Shown here: in pieces, positions 13,201 through 27,129 of the stretch
Numbering within the stretch: the stretch's first letter is position 1
How the letters are laid out: every line of letters starts with the position of its first letter
Source: Camelus dromedarius
Lineage: Eukaryota
Reading direction: 5' to 3'
DNA length: 64,000 nt
Assembly (NCBI RefSeq): GCF_036321535.1
Contig: NC_087436.1
Location: 1,302,001-1,366,000, forward strand
The notes under the pieces: model-generated
What the model was told of the DNA's origin: nothing
The model's input: the letters and a program-made list of their open reading frames with translations, nothing else
Databases searched by the model: none
Made by a program: the position numbers and the translations under genes

Positions 13201-14680
13201 TGTTCCCAACAAGCTAGGTGAAGGACGGCTTTCACACACACTTATCTCTCAGAACTGAGCAAGTGGAGAGACGTTCGTTCATCTAGCACCAAGGGAACGG
13301 GTTGCAGGAGACACTTTTTCTCTGCTTTCTCAGTCTGTTTCCTAGTGCCGGTTTGAAGTTCCTGCAGTTTTCACTGTAAAACCGAGTTGGAGCTAGTACC
13401 TCCCAATATATATGTATGGAATGGAGTTTGCAACTGAAAAGAATCTTTGTGTTCCCAACAAGCTAGGTGAAGGACGGCTTTCACACACACTTATCTCTCA
13501 GAACTGAGCAAGTGGAGAGACGTTCGTTCATCTAGCACCAAGGGAACGGGTTGCAGGAGACACTTTTTCTCTGCTTTCTCAGTCTGTTTCCAAGTGCCGG
13601 TTTGAAGTTCCTGCAGTTTTCACTGTAAAACCGAGTTGGAGCTAGTACCTCCCCATATATATGTATGGAATGGAGTTTGCAACTGAAAAGAAACTTTGTG
13701 TTCCCAACAAGCTAGGTGAAGGACGGCTTTCACACACACTTATCTCTCAGAACTGAGCAAGTGGAGAGACGTTCGTTCATCTAGCACCAAGGGAACGGGT
13801 TGCAGGAGACACTTTTTCTCTGCTTTCTCAGTCTGTTTCCTAGTGCCGGTTTGAAGTTCCTGCAGTTTTCACTGTAAAACCGAGTTGGAGCTAGTACCTC
13901 CCAATATATATGTATGGAATGGAGTTTGCAACTGAAAAGAAACTTTGTGTTCCCAACAAGCTAGGTGAAGGACGGCTTTCACACACACTTATTTCTCAGA
14001 ACTGAGCAAGTGGAGAGACGTTCGTTCATCTATCACCAAGGGAACGGGTTGCAGGAGACACTTTTTCTCTGCTTTCTCAGTCTGTTTCCTAGTGCCGGGT
14101 TGAAGTTCCTGCAGTTTTCACTGTAAAACCGAGTTGGAGCTAGTACCTCCCCATATATATGTATGGAATGGAGTTTGCAACTGAAAAGAAACTTTGTGTT
14201 CCCAACAAGCTAGGTGAAGGACGGCTTTCACACACACTTATCTCTCAGAACTGAGCAAGTGGAGAGCGTTCGTTCATCTAGCACCAAGGGAACGGGTTGC
14301 AGGAGGCACTTTTTCTCTGCTTTCTCAGTCTGTTTCCTAGTGCCGGTTTGAAGTTCCTGCAGTTTTCACTGTAAAACCGAGTTGGAGCTAGTACCTCCCC
14401 ATATATATGTATGGAATGGAGAATGCAACTGAAAAGAAACTTTGTGTTCCCAACAAGCTAGGTGAAGGACGGCTTTCACACACACTTATCTCTCAGAACT
14501 GAGCAAGTGGAGAGACGTTCGTTCATCTAGCACCAAGGGAACGGGTTGCAGGAGACACTTTTTCTCTGCTTTCTCAGTCTGTTTCCTAGTGCCGGGTTGA
14601 AGTTCCTGCAGTTTTCACTGTAAAACCGAGTTGGAGCTAGTACCTCCCTTTATATATGTATGGAAAGGAGTTTGCAACTG
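7220..14680. repeat. Tandem duplication of a 15-monomer higher-order unit (period 3734 bp), 2 copies
   Basis: Private variants recur in the same order 3734 bp apart: AGACTTTC with TCTCTCTG (about 7546/11280), CCTAAC (8227/11961), TATAATTATGG (8680/12414), CAATCTAGG (T at 8981/12715), TTCCAAGTG (9857/13591), CTATCACC (10299/14033). Confidence 0.9.
8962..9210. repeat. Diverged monomer subtype D (also starting at 12696, 28378, 32111, 56025, 60006, 62247)
   Basis: Linked variants CAATC(T/G)AGG, AAGTTGAG, GTTCTTTC, CTAGGACC, GTTGAAGG, CACTCTTT and CTGTCAAA, always preceded by CTAGAACC in the upstream monomer. Confidence 0.92.
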
Positions 14681-17600
14681 AAAAGAAACTTTGTGTTCCC
14701 AACAAGCTAGGTGAAGGACGGCTTTCACACACACTTATCTCTCAGAACTGAGCAAGAGGAGAGACGTTCGTTCATCCAGCACCAAGGGAACGGGTGCAGT
14801 AGACACTTTTTCTCTGCTTTCTAAGTCTGTTTCCTAGTGCCGGTTGGAAGTTCCTGCAGTTTTCACTGTCAAACCGAGTTGGAGCTAGTACCTCCCCATA
14901 TATATGTATGGAATGGAGTTTGCAACTGATAAGAAACTTTGTGTTCCCAACAAGCTAGGTGAAGGACGGCTTTCACACACACTTATCTCTCAGAACTGAG
15001 CAAGTGGAGAGACGTTCGTTCATCTAGCACCAAGGGAACGGGTTGCAGGAGTCACTTTTCTCTGCTTTCTCAGTCTGTTTCCTAGTGCCGGTTTGAAGTT
15101 CCTGCAGTTTTCACTGTAAAACCGAGTTGGAGCTAGTATCTCCCCATATATATGTATGGAATGGAGTTTACAACTGAAAAGAAACTTTGTGTTCCCAACA
15201 AGCTAGGTGAAGGACGGCTTTCACACACACTTATCTCTCAGAACTGAGCAAGTGGAGAGACGTTCGTTCATCTAGCACCAAGGGAACGGGTTGCAGGAGA
15301 CAATTTTTCTCTGCTTTCTCAGTCTGTTTCCTAGTGCCGGTTTGATGTTCCTGCAGTTTTCACTGTAAAACCGAGTTGGAGCTAGTACCTCCCCATATAT
15401 ATGTATGGAATGGAGTTTGCAACTGAAAAGAAACTTTTTGTTCCCAACAAGCTAGGTGAAGGACGGCTTTCACACCTCCTATTTCTCAGAACTGAGAAAT
15501 GGAGAGACGTTCGTTCATCTAGCACCAAGGGAACGGGTTGCAGGAGACACTTTTTCTCAGCTTTCTCAGTCTGTTTCCTAGTGCCGGTTTGAAGTTCGTG
15601 CAGTTTTCACTGTCAAACGGAGTTGGAGCTAGTACCTCCCCTTATATATGTATGGAATGGAGTTTGCAACTGAAAAGAAACTTTGTGTTCCCAACAAGCT
15701 AGGTGAAGGACGGCTTTCACACACACTTATTTCTCAGAACTGAGCAAGTGGAGAGACGTTCGTTCATCTAGCACCAAGGGAACGGGTTGCAGGAGACACT
15801 TTTTCTCTGCTTTCTCAGTCTGTTTCCTAGTGCCGGGTTGAAGTTCCTGCAGTTTTCACTGTAAAACCGAGTTGGAGCTAGTACCTCCCCATATATATGT
15901 ATGGAATGGAGTTTGCAACTGAAAAGAAACTTTGTGTTCCCAACAAGCTAGGTGAAGGACGGCTTTCACACACACTTATCTCTCAGAACTGAGCAAGTGG
16001 ATAGACGTTCGTTCATCTAGCACCAAGGGAACGGGTTGCAGGAGACACTTTTTCTCTGCTTTCTCAGTCTGTTTCCTAGTGCCGGTTTGAAGTTCCTGCA
16101 GTTTTCACTGTAAAACCGAGTTGGAGCTAGTACCTCCCCATATATATGTATGGAATGGAGAATGCAACTGAAAAGAAACTTTGTGTTCCCAACAAGCTAG
16201 GTGAAGGACGGCTTTCACACACACTTATCTCTCAGAACTGAGCAAGTGGAGAGACGTTCGTTCATCTAGCACCAAGGGAACGGGTTGCAGGAGAAACTTT
16301 TTCTCTGCTTTCTCAGTCTGTTTCCTAGTGCCGGGTTGATGTTCCTGCAGTTTTCACTGTAAAACCGAGTTGGAGCTAGTACCTCCCCATATATATGTAT
16401 GGAATGGAGTTTGCAACTGAAAAGAAACTTTGTGTTCCCAACAAGCAAGGTGAAGGACGGCTTTCACACACACTTATCTCTCAGAACTGAGCAAGTGGAG
16501 ATTCGTTCGTTCATCTAGCACCAAGGGAACGGGTTGCAGGAGACACTTTTTCTCTGCTTTCTCAGTCTGTTTCCTAGTGCCGGTTTGAAGTTCCTGCAGT
16601 TTTCACTGTAAAACCGAGTTGGAGCTAGTACCTCCCCATATATATGTATGGAATGGAGTTTGCAACTGAAAAGAAACTTTGTGTTCCCAACAAGCTAGGT
16701 GAAGGACGGCTTTCACACACACTTATCTCTCAGAACTGAGCAAGTGGAGAGACGTTCGTTCATCTAGCACCAAGGGAACGGGTTGCAGGAGACACTTTTT
16801 CTCTGCTTTCTCAGTCTGTTTCCTAGTGCCGGTTTGAAGTTCCTGCAGTTTTCACTGTAAAACCGAGTTGGAGCTAGTACCTCCCAATATATATGTATGG
16901 AATGGAGTTTGCAACTGAAAAGAAACTTTGTGTTCCCAACAAGCTAGGTGAAGGACGGCTTTCACACACACTTATCTCTCAGAACTGAGCAAGTGGAGAG
17001 ACGTTCGTTCATCTAGCACCAAGGGAACGGGTTGCAGGAGACACTTTTTCTCTGCTTTCTCAGTCTGTTTCCTAGTGCCGGTTTGAAGTTCCTGCAGTTT
17101 TCACTGTAAAACCGAGTTGGAGCTAGTACCTCCCTTTATATATGTATGGAAAGGAGTTTGCAACTGAAAAGAAAATTTGTGTTCCCAACAAGCTAGGTGA
17201 AGGACGGCTTTCACACACACTTATCTCTCAGAACTGAGCAAGTGGAGAGACGTTCGTTCATCTAGCACCAAGGGAACGGGTTGCAGGAGACACTTTTTCT
17301 CTGCTTTCTCAGTCTGTTTCCTAGTGCCGGGTTGAAGTTCCTGCAGTTTTCACTGTAAAACCGAGTTGGAGCTAGTACCTCCCCATATATATGTATGGAA
17401 TGGAGTTTGCAACTGAAAAGAAACTTTGTGTTCCCAACAAGCTAGGTGAAGGACGGCTTTCACACACACTTATCTCTCAGAACTGAGCAAGTGGAGATTC
17501 GTTCGTTCATCTAGCACCAAGGGAACGGGTTGCAGGAGACACTTTTTCTCTGCTTTCTCAGTCTGTTTCCTAGTGCCGGCTTGAAGTTCCTGCAGTTTTC

Positions 17601-19909
17601 ACTGTAAAACCGAGTTGGAGCTAGTACCTCCCCATATATATGTATGGAATGGAGTTTGCAACTGAAAAGAAACTTTGTGTTCCCAACAAGCTAGGTGAAG
17701 GACGGCTTTCACACACACTTATCTCTCAGAACTGAGCAAGTGGAGAGACGTTCGTTCATCTAGCACCAAGGGAACGGGTTGCAGGAGACACTTTTTCTCT
17801 GCTTTCTCATTCTGTTTCCTAGTGCCGGTTTGAAGTTCCTGCAGTTTTCACTGTAAAACCGAGTTGGAGCTAGTACCTCCCAATATATATGTATGGAATG
17901 GAGTTTGCAACTGAAAAGAAACTTTGTGTTCCCAACAAGCTAGGTGAAGGACGGCTTTCACACACACTTATTTCTCAGAACTGAGCAAGTGGAGAGACGT
18001 TCGTTCATCTAGCACCAAGGGAACGGTTTGCAGGAGACACTTTTTCTCTGCTTTCTCAGTCTGTTTCCTAGTGCCGGTTTGAAGTTCCTGCAGTTTTCAC
18101 TGTAAAACCGAGTTGGAGCTAGTACCTCCCCATATATATGTATGGAATGGAGTTTGCAACTGAAAAGAAACTTTGTGTTCCCGACAAGCTAGGTGAAGGA
18201 CGTCTTTCACACACACTTATCTCTCAGAACTGAGCAAGTGGAGAGACGTTCGTTCATCTAGCACCAAGGGAACGGGTTGCAGGAGACACTTTTTCTCTGC
18301 TTTCTCTGTCTGTTTCCTAGTGCCGGTTTGAGGTTCCTGCAGTTTTCACTGTAAAACCGAGTTGGAGCTAGTACCTCCCCATATATATGTATGGAATGGA
18401 GTTTGCAACTGAAAAGAAACTTTGTGTTCCCAACAAGCTAGGTGAAGGACGGCTTTCACACACACTTATCTCTCAGAACTGAGCAAGTGGAGAGACGTTC
18501 GTTCATCTAGCACCAAGGGAACGGGTTGCAGGAGACACTTTTTCTCTGCTTTCTCAGTCTGTTTCCTAGTGCCGGTTTGAAGTTCCTGCAGTTTTCACTG
18601 TAAAACCGAGTTGGAGCTACTACCTCCCCATATATATGTATGGAATGGGGTTTGCAACTGAAAAGAAACTTTGTGTTCCCAACAAGCTAGGTGAAGGACG
18701 GCTTTCACACACACTTAACTCTCAGAACTGAGCAAGTGGAGAGACGTTCGTTCATCTAGCACCAAGGGAACGGGTTGCAGGAGACACTTTTTCTCTGCTT
18801 TCTCAGTCTGTTTCCTAGTGCCGGTTTGAAGTTCCTGCAGTTTTCACTGTAAAACCGAGTTGGAGCTAGTACCTCCCCATATATATGTATGGAATGGAGA
18901 ATGCAACTGAAAAGAAACTTTGTGTTCCCAACAAGCTAGGTGAAGGACGGCTTTCACACACACTTATCTCTCAGAACTGAGCAAGTGGAGAGACGTTCGT
19001 TCATCTAGCACCAAGGGAACGGGTTGCAGGAGAAACTTTTTCTCTGCTTTCTCAGTCTGTTTCCTAGTGCCGGGTTGATGTTCCTGGTGTTTTCACTGTA
19101 AAACCGAGTTGGAGCTAGTACCTCCCCATATATATGTATGGAATGGAGTTTGCAACTGAAAAGAAACTTTGTGTTCCCAACAAGCAAGGTGAAGGACGGC
19201 TTTCACACACACTTATCTCTCAGAACTGAGCAAGTGGAGATTCGTTCGTTCATCTAGCACCAAGGGAACGGGTTGCAGGAGACACTTTTTCTCTGCTTTC
19301 TCAGTCTGTTTCCTAGTGCCGGTTTGAAGTTCCTGCAGTTTTCACTGTAAAACCGAGTTGGAGCTAGTACCTCCCCATATATATGTATGGAATGGAGTTT
19401 GCAACTGAAAAGAAACTTTGTGTTCCCAACAAGCTAGGTGAAGGACGGCTTTCACACACACTTATCTCTCAGAACTGAGCAAGTGGAGAGACGTTCGTTC
19501 ATCTAGCACCAAGGGAACGGGTTGCAGGAGACACTTTTTCTCTGCTTTCTCAGTCTGTTTCCTAGTGCCGGTTTGAAGTTCCTGCAGTTTTCACTGTAAA
19601 ACCGAGTTGGAGCTAGTACCTCCCAATATATATGTATGGAATGGAGTTTGCAACTGAAAAGAAACTTTGTGTTCCCAACAAGCTAGGTGAAGGACGGCTT
19701 TCACACACACTTATTTCTCAGAACTGAGCAAGTGGAGAGACGTTCGTTCATCTAGCACCAAGGGAACGGGTTGCAGGAGACACTTTTTCTCTGCTTTCTC
19801 AGTCTGTTTCCTAGTGCCGGGTTGAAGTTCCTGCAGTTTTCACTGTAAAACCGAGTTGGAGCTAGTACCTCCCCATATATATGTATGGAATGGAGTTTGC
19901 AACTGAAAA

Positions 19910-22900
19910 GAAACTTTGTGTTCCCAACAAGCTAGGTGAAGGACGGCTTTCACACACACTTATCTCTCAGAACTGAGGAAGTGGATAGACGTTCTTTCAT
20001 CTAGCACCAAGGGAACGGGTTGCAGGAGACACTTTTTCTCTGCTTTCTCAGTCTGTTTCCTAGTGCCGGTTTGAAGTTCCTGCAGTTTTCACTGTAAAAC
20101 CGAGTTGGAGCTAGTACCTCCCTTTATATATGTATGGAAAGGAGTTTGCAACTGAAAAGAAACTTTGTGTTCCCAACAAGCTAGGTGAAGGACGGCTTTC
20201 ACACACACTTATCTCTCAGAACTGAGCAAGTGGAGAGACGTTCGTTCATCTAGCACCAAGGGAACGGGTTGCAGGAGACACTTTTTCTCTGCTTTCTCAG
20301 TCTGTTTCCTAGTGCCGGGTTGAAGTTCCTGCAGTTTTCACTGTAAAACCGAGTTGGAGCTAGTACCTCCCCATATATATGTATGGAATGGAGTTTGCAA
20401 CTGAAAAGAAACTTTGTGTTCCCAACAAGCTAGGTGAAGGACGGCTTTCACACACACTTATCTCTCAGAACTGAGCAAGTGGAGATTCGTTCGTTCATCT
20501 AGCACCAAGGGAACGGGTTGCAGGAGACACGTTTTCTCTGCTTTCTCAGTCTGTTTCCTAGTGCCGGTTTGAAGTTCCTGCAGTTTTCACTGTAAAACCG
20601 AGTTGGAGCTAGTACCTCCGCATATATATGTATGGAATGGAGTTTGCAACTGAAAAGAAACTTTGTGTTCCCAACAAGCTAGGTGAAGGACGGCTTTCAC
20701 ACACACTTATCTCTCAGAACTGAGCAAGTGGAGAGACGTTCGTTCATCTAGCACCAAGGGAACGGGTTGCAGGAGACACTTTTTCTCTGCTTTCTCAGTC
20801 TGTTTCCTAGTGCCGGTTTGAAGTTCCTGCAGTTTTCACTGTAAAACCGAGTTGGAGCTAGTACCTCCCAATATATATGTATGGAATGGAGTTTGCAACT
20901 GAAAAGAAACTTTGTGTTCCCAACAAGCTAGGTGAAGGACGGCTTTCACACACACTTATTTCTCAGAACTGAGCAAGTGGAGAGACGTTCGTTCATCTAG
21001 CACCAAGGGAACGGGTTGCAGGAGACACTTTTTCTCTGCTTTCTCAGTCTGTTTCCTAGTGCCGGTTTGAAGTTCCTGCAGTTTTCACTGTAAAACCGAG
21101 TTGGAGCTAGTACCTCCCCATATATATGTATGGAATGGAGTTTGCAACTGAAAAGAAACTTTGTGTTCCCGACAAGCTAGGTGAAGGACGGCTTTCACAC
21201 ACACTTATATCTCAGAACTGAGCAAGTGGAGAGACGTTCGTTCATCTAGCACCAAGGGAACGGGTTGCAGGAGACACTTTTTCTCTGCTTTCTCTGTCTG
21301 TTTCCTAGTGCCGGTTTGAGGTTCCTGCAATTTTCACTGTAAAACCGAGTTGGAGCTAGTACCTCCCCATATATATGTATGGAATGGAGTTTGCAACTGA
21401 AAAGAAACTTTGTGTTCCCAACAAGCTAGGTGAAGGACGGCTTTCACACACACTTATCTCTCAGAACTGAGCAAGTGGAGAGACGTTCGTTCATCTAGCA
21501 CCAAGGGAACGGGTTGCAGGAGACACTTTTTCTCTGCTTTCTCAGTCTGTTTCCTAGTGCCGGTTTGAAGTTCCTGCAGTTTTCACTGTAAAACCGAGTT
21601 GGAGCTAGTACCTCCCCATATATATGTATGGAATGGGGTTTGCAACTGAAAAGAAACTTTGTGTTCCCAACAAGCTAGGTGAAGGACGGCTTTCACACAC
21701 ACTTAACTCTCAGAACTGAGCAAGTGGAGAGACGTTCGTTCATCTAGCACCAAGGGAACGGGTTGCAGGAGACACTTTTTCTCTGCTTTCTCAGTCTGTT
21801 TCCTAGTGCCGGTTTGAAGTTCCTGCAGTTTTCACTGTAAAACCGAGTTGGAGCTAGTACCTCCCCATATATATGTATGGAATGGAGTTTGCAACTGAAA
21901 AGAAACTTTGTGTTCCCAACAAGCTAGGTGAAGGACGGCTTTCACACACACTTATCTCTCAGAACTGAGGAAGTGGAGAGACGTTCTTTCATCTAGCACC
22001 AAGGGAACGGGTTGCAGGAGACACTTTTTCTCTGCTTTCTCAGTTTTTTTCCTAGTGCCGGTTTGAAGTTCCTGCAGTTTTCACTGTAAAACCGAGTTGG
22101 AGGTTGTACCTCCCAATATATATGTATGGAATGGAGTTTGCAACTGAAAAGAATCTTTGTGTTCCCAACAAGCTAGGTGAAGGACGGCTTTCACACACAC
22201 TTATCTCTCAGAACTGAGCAAGTGGAGAGACGTTCGTTCATCTAGCACCAAGGGAACGGGTTGCAGGAGACACTTTTTCTCTGCTTTCTCAGTCTGTTTC
22301 CTAGTGCCGGTTTGAAGTTCCTGCAGTTTTCACTGTAAATCCGAGTTGGAGCTAGTACCTCCCCATATATATGTATGGAATGGAGTTTGCAACTGAAAAG
22401 AAACTTTGTGTTCCCAACAAGCTAGGTGAAGGACGGCTTTCACACACACTTATCTCTCAGAACTGAGCAAGTGGAGAGACGTTCGTTCATCTAGCACCAA
22501 GGGAACGGGTTGCAGGAGACACTTTTTCTCTGCTTTCTCAGTCTGTTTCCTAGTGCCGGTTTGAAGTTCCTGCAGTTTTCACTGTAAAACCGAGTTGGAG
22601 CTAGTACCTCCCAATATATATGTATGGAATGGGGTTTGCAACTGAAAAGAAACTTTGTGTTCCCAACAAGCTAGGTGAAGGACGGCTTTCACACACACTT
22701 ATCTCTCAGAACTGAGCAAGTGGAGATTCGTTCGTTCATCTAGCACCAAGGGAACGGGTTGCAGGAGACACTTTTTCTCTGCTTTCTCAGTCTGTTTCCT
22801 AGTGCCGGGTTGAAGTTCCTGCAGTTTTCACTGTAAAACCGAGTTGGAGCTAGTACCTCCCCATATATATGTATGGAATGGAGTTTGCAACTGAAAAGAA

Positions 22901-25880
22901 ACTTTGTGTTCCCAACAAGCTAGGTGAAGGACGGCTTTCACACACACTTATCTCTCAGAACTGAGCAAGTGGAGAGACGTTCGTTCATCTAGCACCAAGG
23001 GAACGGGTTGCAGGAGACACTTTTTCTCTGCTTTCTCAGTCTGTTTCCTAGTGCCGGTTTGAAGTTCCTGCAGTTTTCACTGTAAAACCGAGTTGGAGCT
23101 AGTACCTCCCTTTATATATGTATGGAAAGGAGTTTGCAACTGAAAAGAAACTTTGTGTTCCCAACAAGCTAGGTGAAGGACGGCTTTCACACACACTTAT
23201 CTCTCAGAACTGAGCAAGTGGAGAGACGTTCGTTCATCTAGCACCAAGGGAACGGGTTGCAGGAGACACTTTTTCTCTGCTTTCTCAGTCTGTTTCCTAG
23301 TGCCGGGTTGAAGTTCCTGCAGTTTTCACTGTAAAACCGAGTTGGAGCTAGTACCTCCCCATATATATGTATGGAATGGAGTTTGCAACTGAAAAGAAAC
23401 TTTGTGTTCCCAACAAGCTAGGTGAAGGACGGCTTTCACACACACTTATCTCTCAGAACTGAGCAAGTGGAGATTCGTTCGTTCATCTAGCACCAAGGGA
23501 ACGGGTTGCAGGAGACACTTTTTCTCTGCTTTCTCAGTCTGTTTCCTAGTGCCGGTTTGAAGTTCCTGCAGTTTTCACTGTCAAACCGAGTTGGAGCTAG
23601 TACCTCACCATATATATGTATGGAATGGAGTTTGCAACTGAAAAGAAACTTTGTGTTCCCAACAAGCTAGGTGAAGGACGGCTTTCACACACACTTATCT
23701 CTCAGAACTGAGCAAGTGGAGAGACGTTCGTTCATCTAGCACCAAGGGAACGGGTTGCAGGAGACACTTTTTCTCTGCTTTCTCAGTCTGTTTCCTAGTG
23801 CCGGTTTGAAGTTCCTGCAGTTTTCACTGTAAAACCGAGTTGGAGCTAGTACCTCCCAATATATATGTATGGAATGGAGTTTGCAACTGAAAAGAAACTT
23901 TGTGTTCCCAACAAGCTAGGTGAAGGACTGCTTTCACACACACTTATTTCTCAGAACTGAGCAAGTGGAGAGACGTTCGTTCATCTAGCACCAAGGGAAC
24001 GGGTTGCAGGAGACACTTTTTCTCTGCTTTCTCAGTCTGTTTCCTAGTGCCGGTTTGAAGTTCCTGCAGTTTTCACTGTAAAACCGAGTTGGAGCTAGTA
24101 CCTCCCCATATATATGTATGGAATGGAGTTTGCAACTGAAAAGAAACTTTGTGTTCCCGACAAGCTAGGTGAAGGACGGCTTTCACACACACTTATCTCT
24201 CAGAACTGAGCAAGTGGAGAGACGTTCGTTCATCTAGCACCAAGGGAACGGGTTGCAGGAGACACTTTTTCTCTGCTTTCTCTGTCTGTTTCCTAGTGCC
24301 GGTTTGAGGTTCCTGCAGTTTTCACTGTAAAACCGAGTTGGAGCTAGTACCTCCCCATATATATGTATGGAATGGAGTTTGCAACTGAAAAGAAACTTTG
24401 TGTTCCCAACAAGCTAGGTGAAGGACGGCTTTCACACACACTTATCTCTCAGAACTGAGCAAGTGGAGAGACGTTCGTTCATCTAGCACCAAGGGAACGG
24501 GTTGCAGGAGACACTTTTTCTCTGCTTTCTCAGTCTGTTTCCTAGTGCCGGTTTGAAGTTCCTGCAGTTTTCACTGTAAAACCGAGTTGGAGCTAGTACC
24601 TCCCCATATATATGTATGGAATGGGGTTTGCAACTGAAAAGAAACTTTGTGTTCCCAACAAGCTAGGTGAAGGACGGCTTTCACACACACTTAACTCTCA
24701 GAACTGAGCAAGTTGAGAGACGTTCGTTCATCTAGCACCAAGGGAACGGGTTGCAGGAGACACTTTTTCTCTGCTTTCTCAGTCTGTTTCCTAGTGCCGG
24801 TTTGAAGTTCCTGCAGTTTTCACTGTAAAACCGAGTTGGAGCTAGTACCTCCCCATATATATGTATGGAATGGAGTTTGCAACTGAAAAGAAACTTTGTG
24901 TTCCCAACAAGCTAGGTGAAGGACGGCTTTCACACACACTTATCTCTCAGAACTGAGGAAGTGGAGAGACGTTCTTTCATCTAGCACCAAGGGAACGGGT
25001 TGCAGGAGACACTTTTTCTCTGCTTTCTCAGTTTTTTTCCTAGTGCCGGTTTGAAGTTCCTGCAGTTTTCACTGTAAAACCGAGTTGGAGCTTGTACCTC
25101 CCAATATATATGTATGGAATGGAGTTTGCAACTGAAAAGAATCTTTGTGTTCCCAACAAGCTAGGTGAAGGACGGCTTTCACACACACTTATCTCTCAGA
25201 ACTGAGCAAGTGGAGAGACGTTCGTTCATCTAGCACCAAGGGAACGGGTTGCAGGAGACACTTTTTCTCTGCTTTCTCAGTCTGTTTCCTAGTGCCGGTT
25301 TGAAGTTCCTGCAGTTTTCACTGTAAATCCGAGTTGGAGCTAGTACCTCCCCATATATATGTATGGAATGGATTTTGCAACTGAAAAGAAACTTTGTGTT
25401 CCCAACAAGCTAGGTGAAGGACGGCTTTCACACACACTTATCTCTCAGAACTGAGCAAGTGGAGAGACGTTCGTTCATCTAGCACCAAGGGAACGGGTTG
25501 CAGGAGACACTTTTTCTCTGCTTTCTCAGTCTGTTTCCTAGTGCCGGTTTGAAGTTCCTGCAGTTTTCACTGTAAAACCGAGTTGGAGCTAGTACCTCCC
25601 AATATATATGTATGGAATGGGGTTTGCAACTGAAAAGAAACTTTGTGTTCCCAACAAGCTAGGTGAAGGACGGCTTTCACACACACTTATCTCTCAGAAC
25701 TGAGCAAGTGGAGATTCGTTCGTTCATCTAGCACCAAGGGAACGGGTTGCAGGAGACACTTTTTCTCTGCTTTCTCAGTCTGTTTCCTAGTGCCGGTTTG
25801 AAGTTCCTGCAGTTTTCACTGTAAAACCGAGTTGGAGCTAGTACCTCCCCATATATATGTATGGAATGGAGTTTGCAACT
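19910..25880. repeat. Tandem 12-monomer higher-order unit (period 2988 bp), about 2 copies
   Basis: CCCGAC G at 21171/24159, GAGGAAG about 21970/24958, CAGTTTTTTTCC about 22044/25032, TAAATCCG about 22340/25328, GAGATTCG about 22727/25715. Confidence 0.88.
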
Positions 25881-27129
25881 GAAAAGAAACTTTGTGTTCC
25901 CAACAAGCTAGGTGAAGGACGGCTTTCACACACACTTATCTCTCAGAACTGAGCAAGTGGAGAGACGTTCGTTCATCTAGCACCAAGGGAACGGGTTGCA
26001 GGAGACACTTTTTCTCTGCTTTCTCAGTCTGTTTCCTAGTGCCGGTTTGAAGTTCCTGCAGTTTTCACTGTAAAACCGAGTTGGAGCTAGTACCTCCCCA
26101 TATATATGTATGGAATGGAGTTTGCAACTGAAAAGAAACTTTGTGTTCCCAACAAGCTAGGTGAAGGACGGCTTTCACACACACTTATCTCTCAGAACTG
26201 AGCAAGTGGAGAGACGTTCGTTCATCTAGCACCAAGGGAACGGGTTGCAGGAGACACTTTTTCTCTGCTTTCTCAGTCTGTTTCCTAGTGCCGGGTTGAA
26301 GTTCCTGCAGTTTTCACTGTAAAACCGAGTTGGAGCTAGTACCTCCCCATATATATGTATGGAATGGAGTTTGCAACTGAAAAGAAACTTTGTGTTCCCA
26401 ACAAGCTAGGTGAAGGACGGCTTTCACACACACTTATCTCTCAGAACTGAGCAAGTGGAGAGACGTTCGTTCATCTAGCACCAAGGGAACGGGTTGCAGG
26501 AGACACTTTTTCTCTGCTTTCTCAGTCTGTTTCCTAGTGCCGGTTTTAAGTTCCTGCAGTTTTCACTGTAAAACCGAGTTGGAGCTAGTACCTCCCCATA
26601 TATATGTATGGAATGGAGAATGCAACTGAAAAGAAACTTTGTGTTCCCAACAAGCTAGGTGAAGGACGGCTTTCACACACACTTATCTCTCAGAACTGAG
26701 CAAGTGGAGAGACGTTCGTTCATCTAGCACCAAGGGAACGGGTTGCAGGAGACACTTTTTCTCTGCTTTCTCAGTCTGTTTCCTAGTGCCGGGTTGAAGT
26801 TCCTGCAGTTTTCACTGTAAAACCGAGTTGGAGCTAGTACCTCCCCATATATATGTATGGAATGGAGTTTGCAACTGAAAAGAAACTTTGTGTTCCCAAC
26901 AAGCTAGGTGAAGGACGGCTTTCACACACACTTATCTCTCAGAACTGAGCAAGTGGAGAGACGTTCGTTCATCTAGCACCAAGGGAACGGGTTGCAGGAG
27001 ACACTTTTTCTCTGCTTTCTCAGTCTGTTTCCTAGTGCCGGTTTTAAGTTCCTGCAGTTTTCACTGTAAAACCGAGTTGGAGCTAGTACCTCCCCATATA
27101 TATGTATGGAATGGAGAATGCAACTGAAA

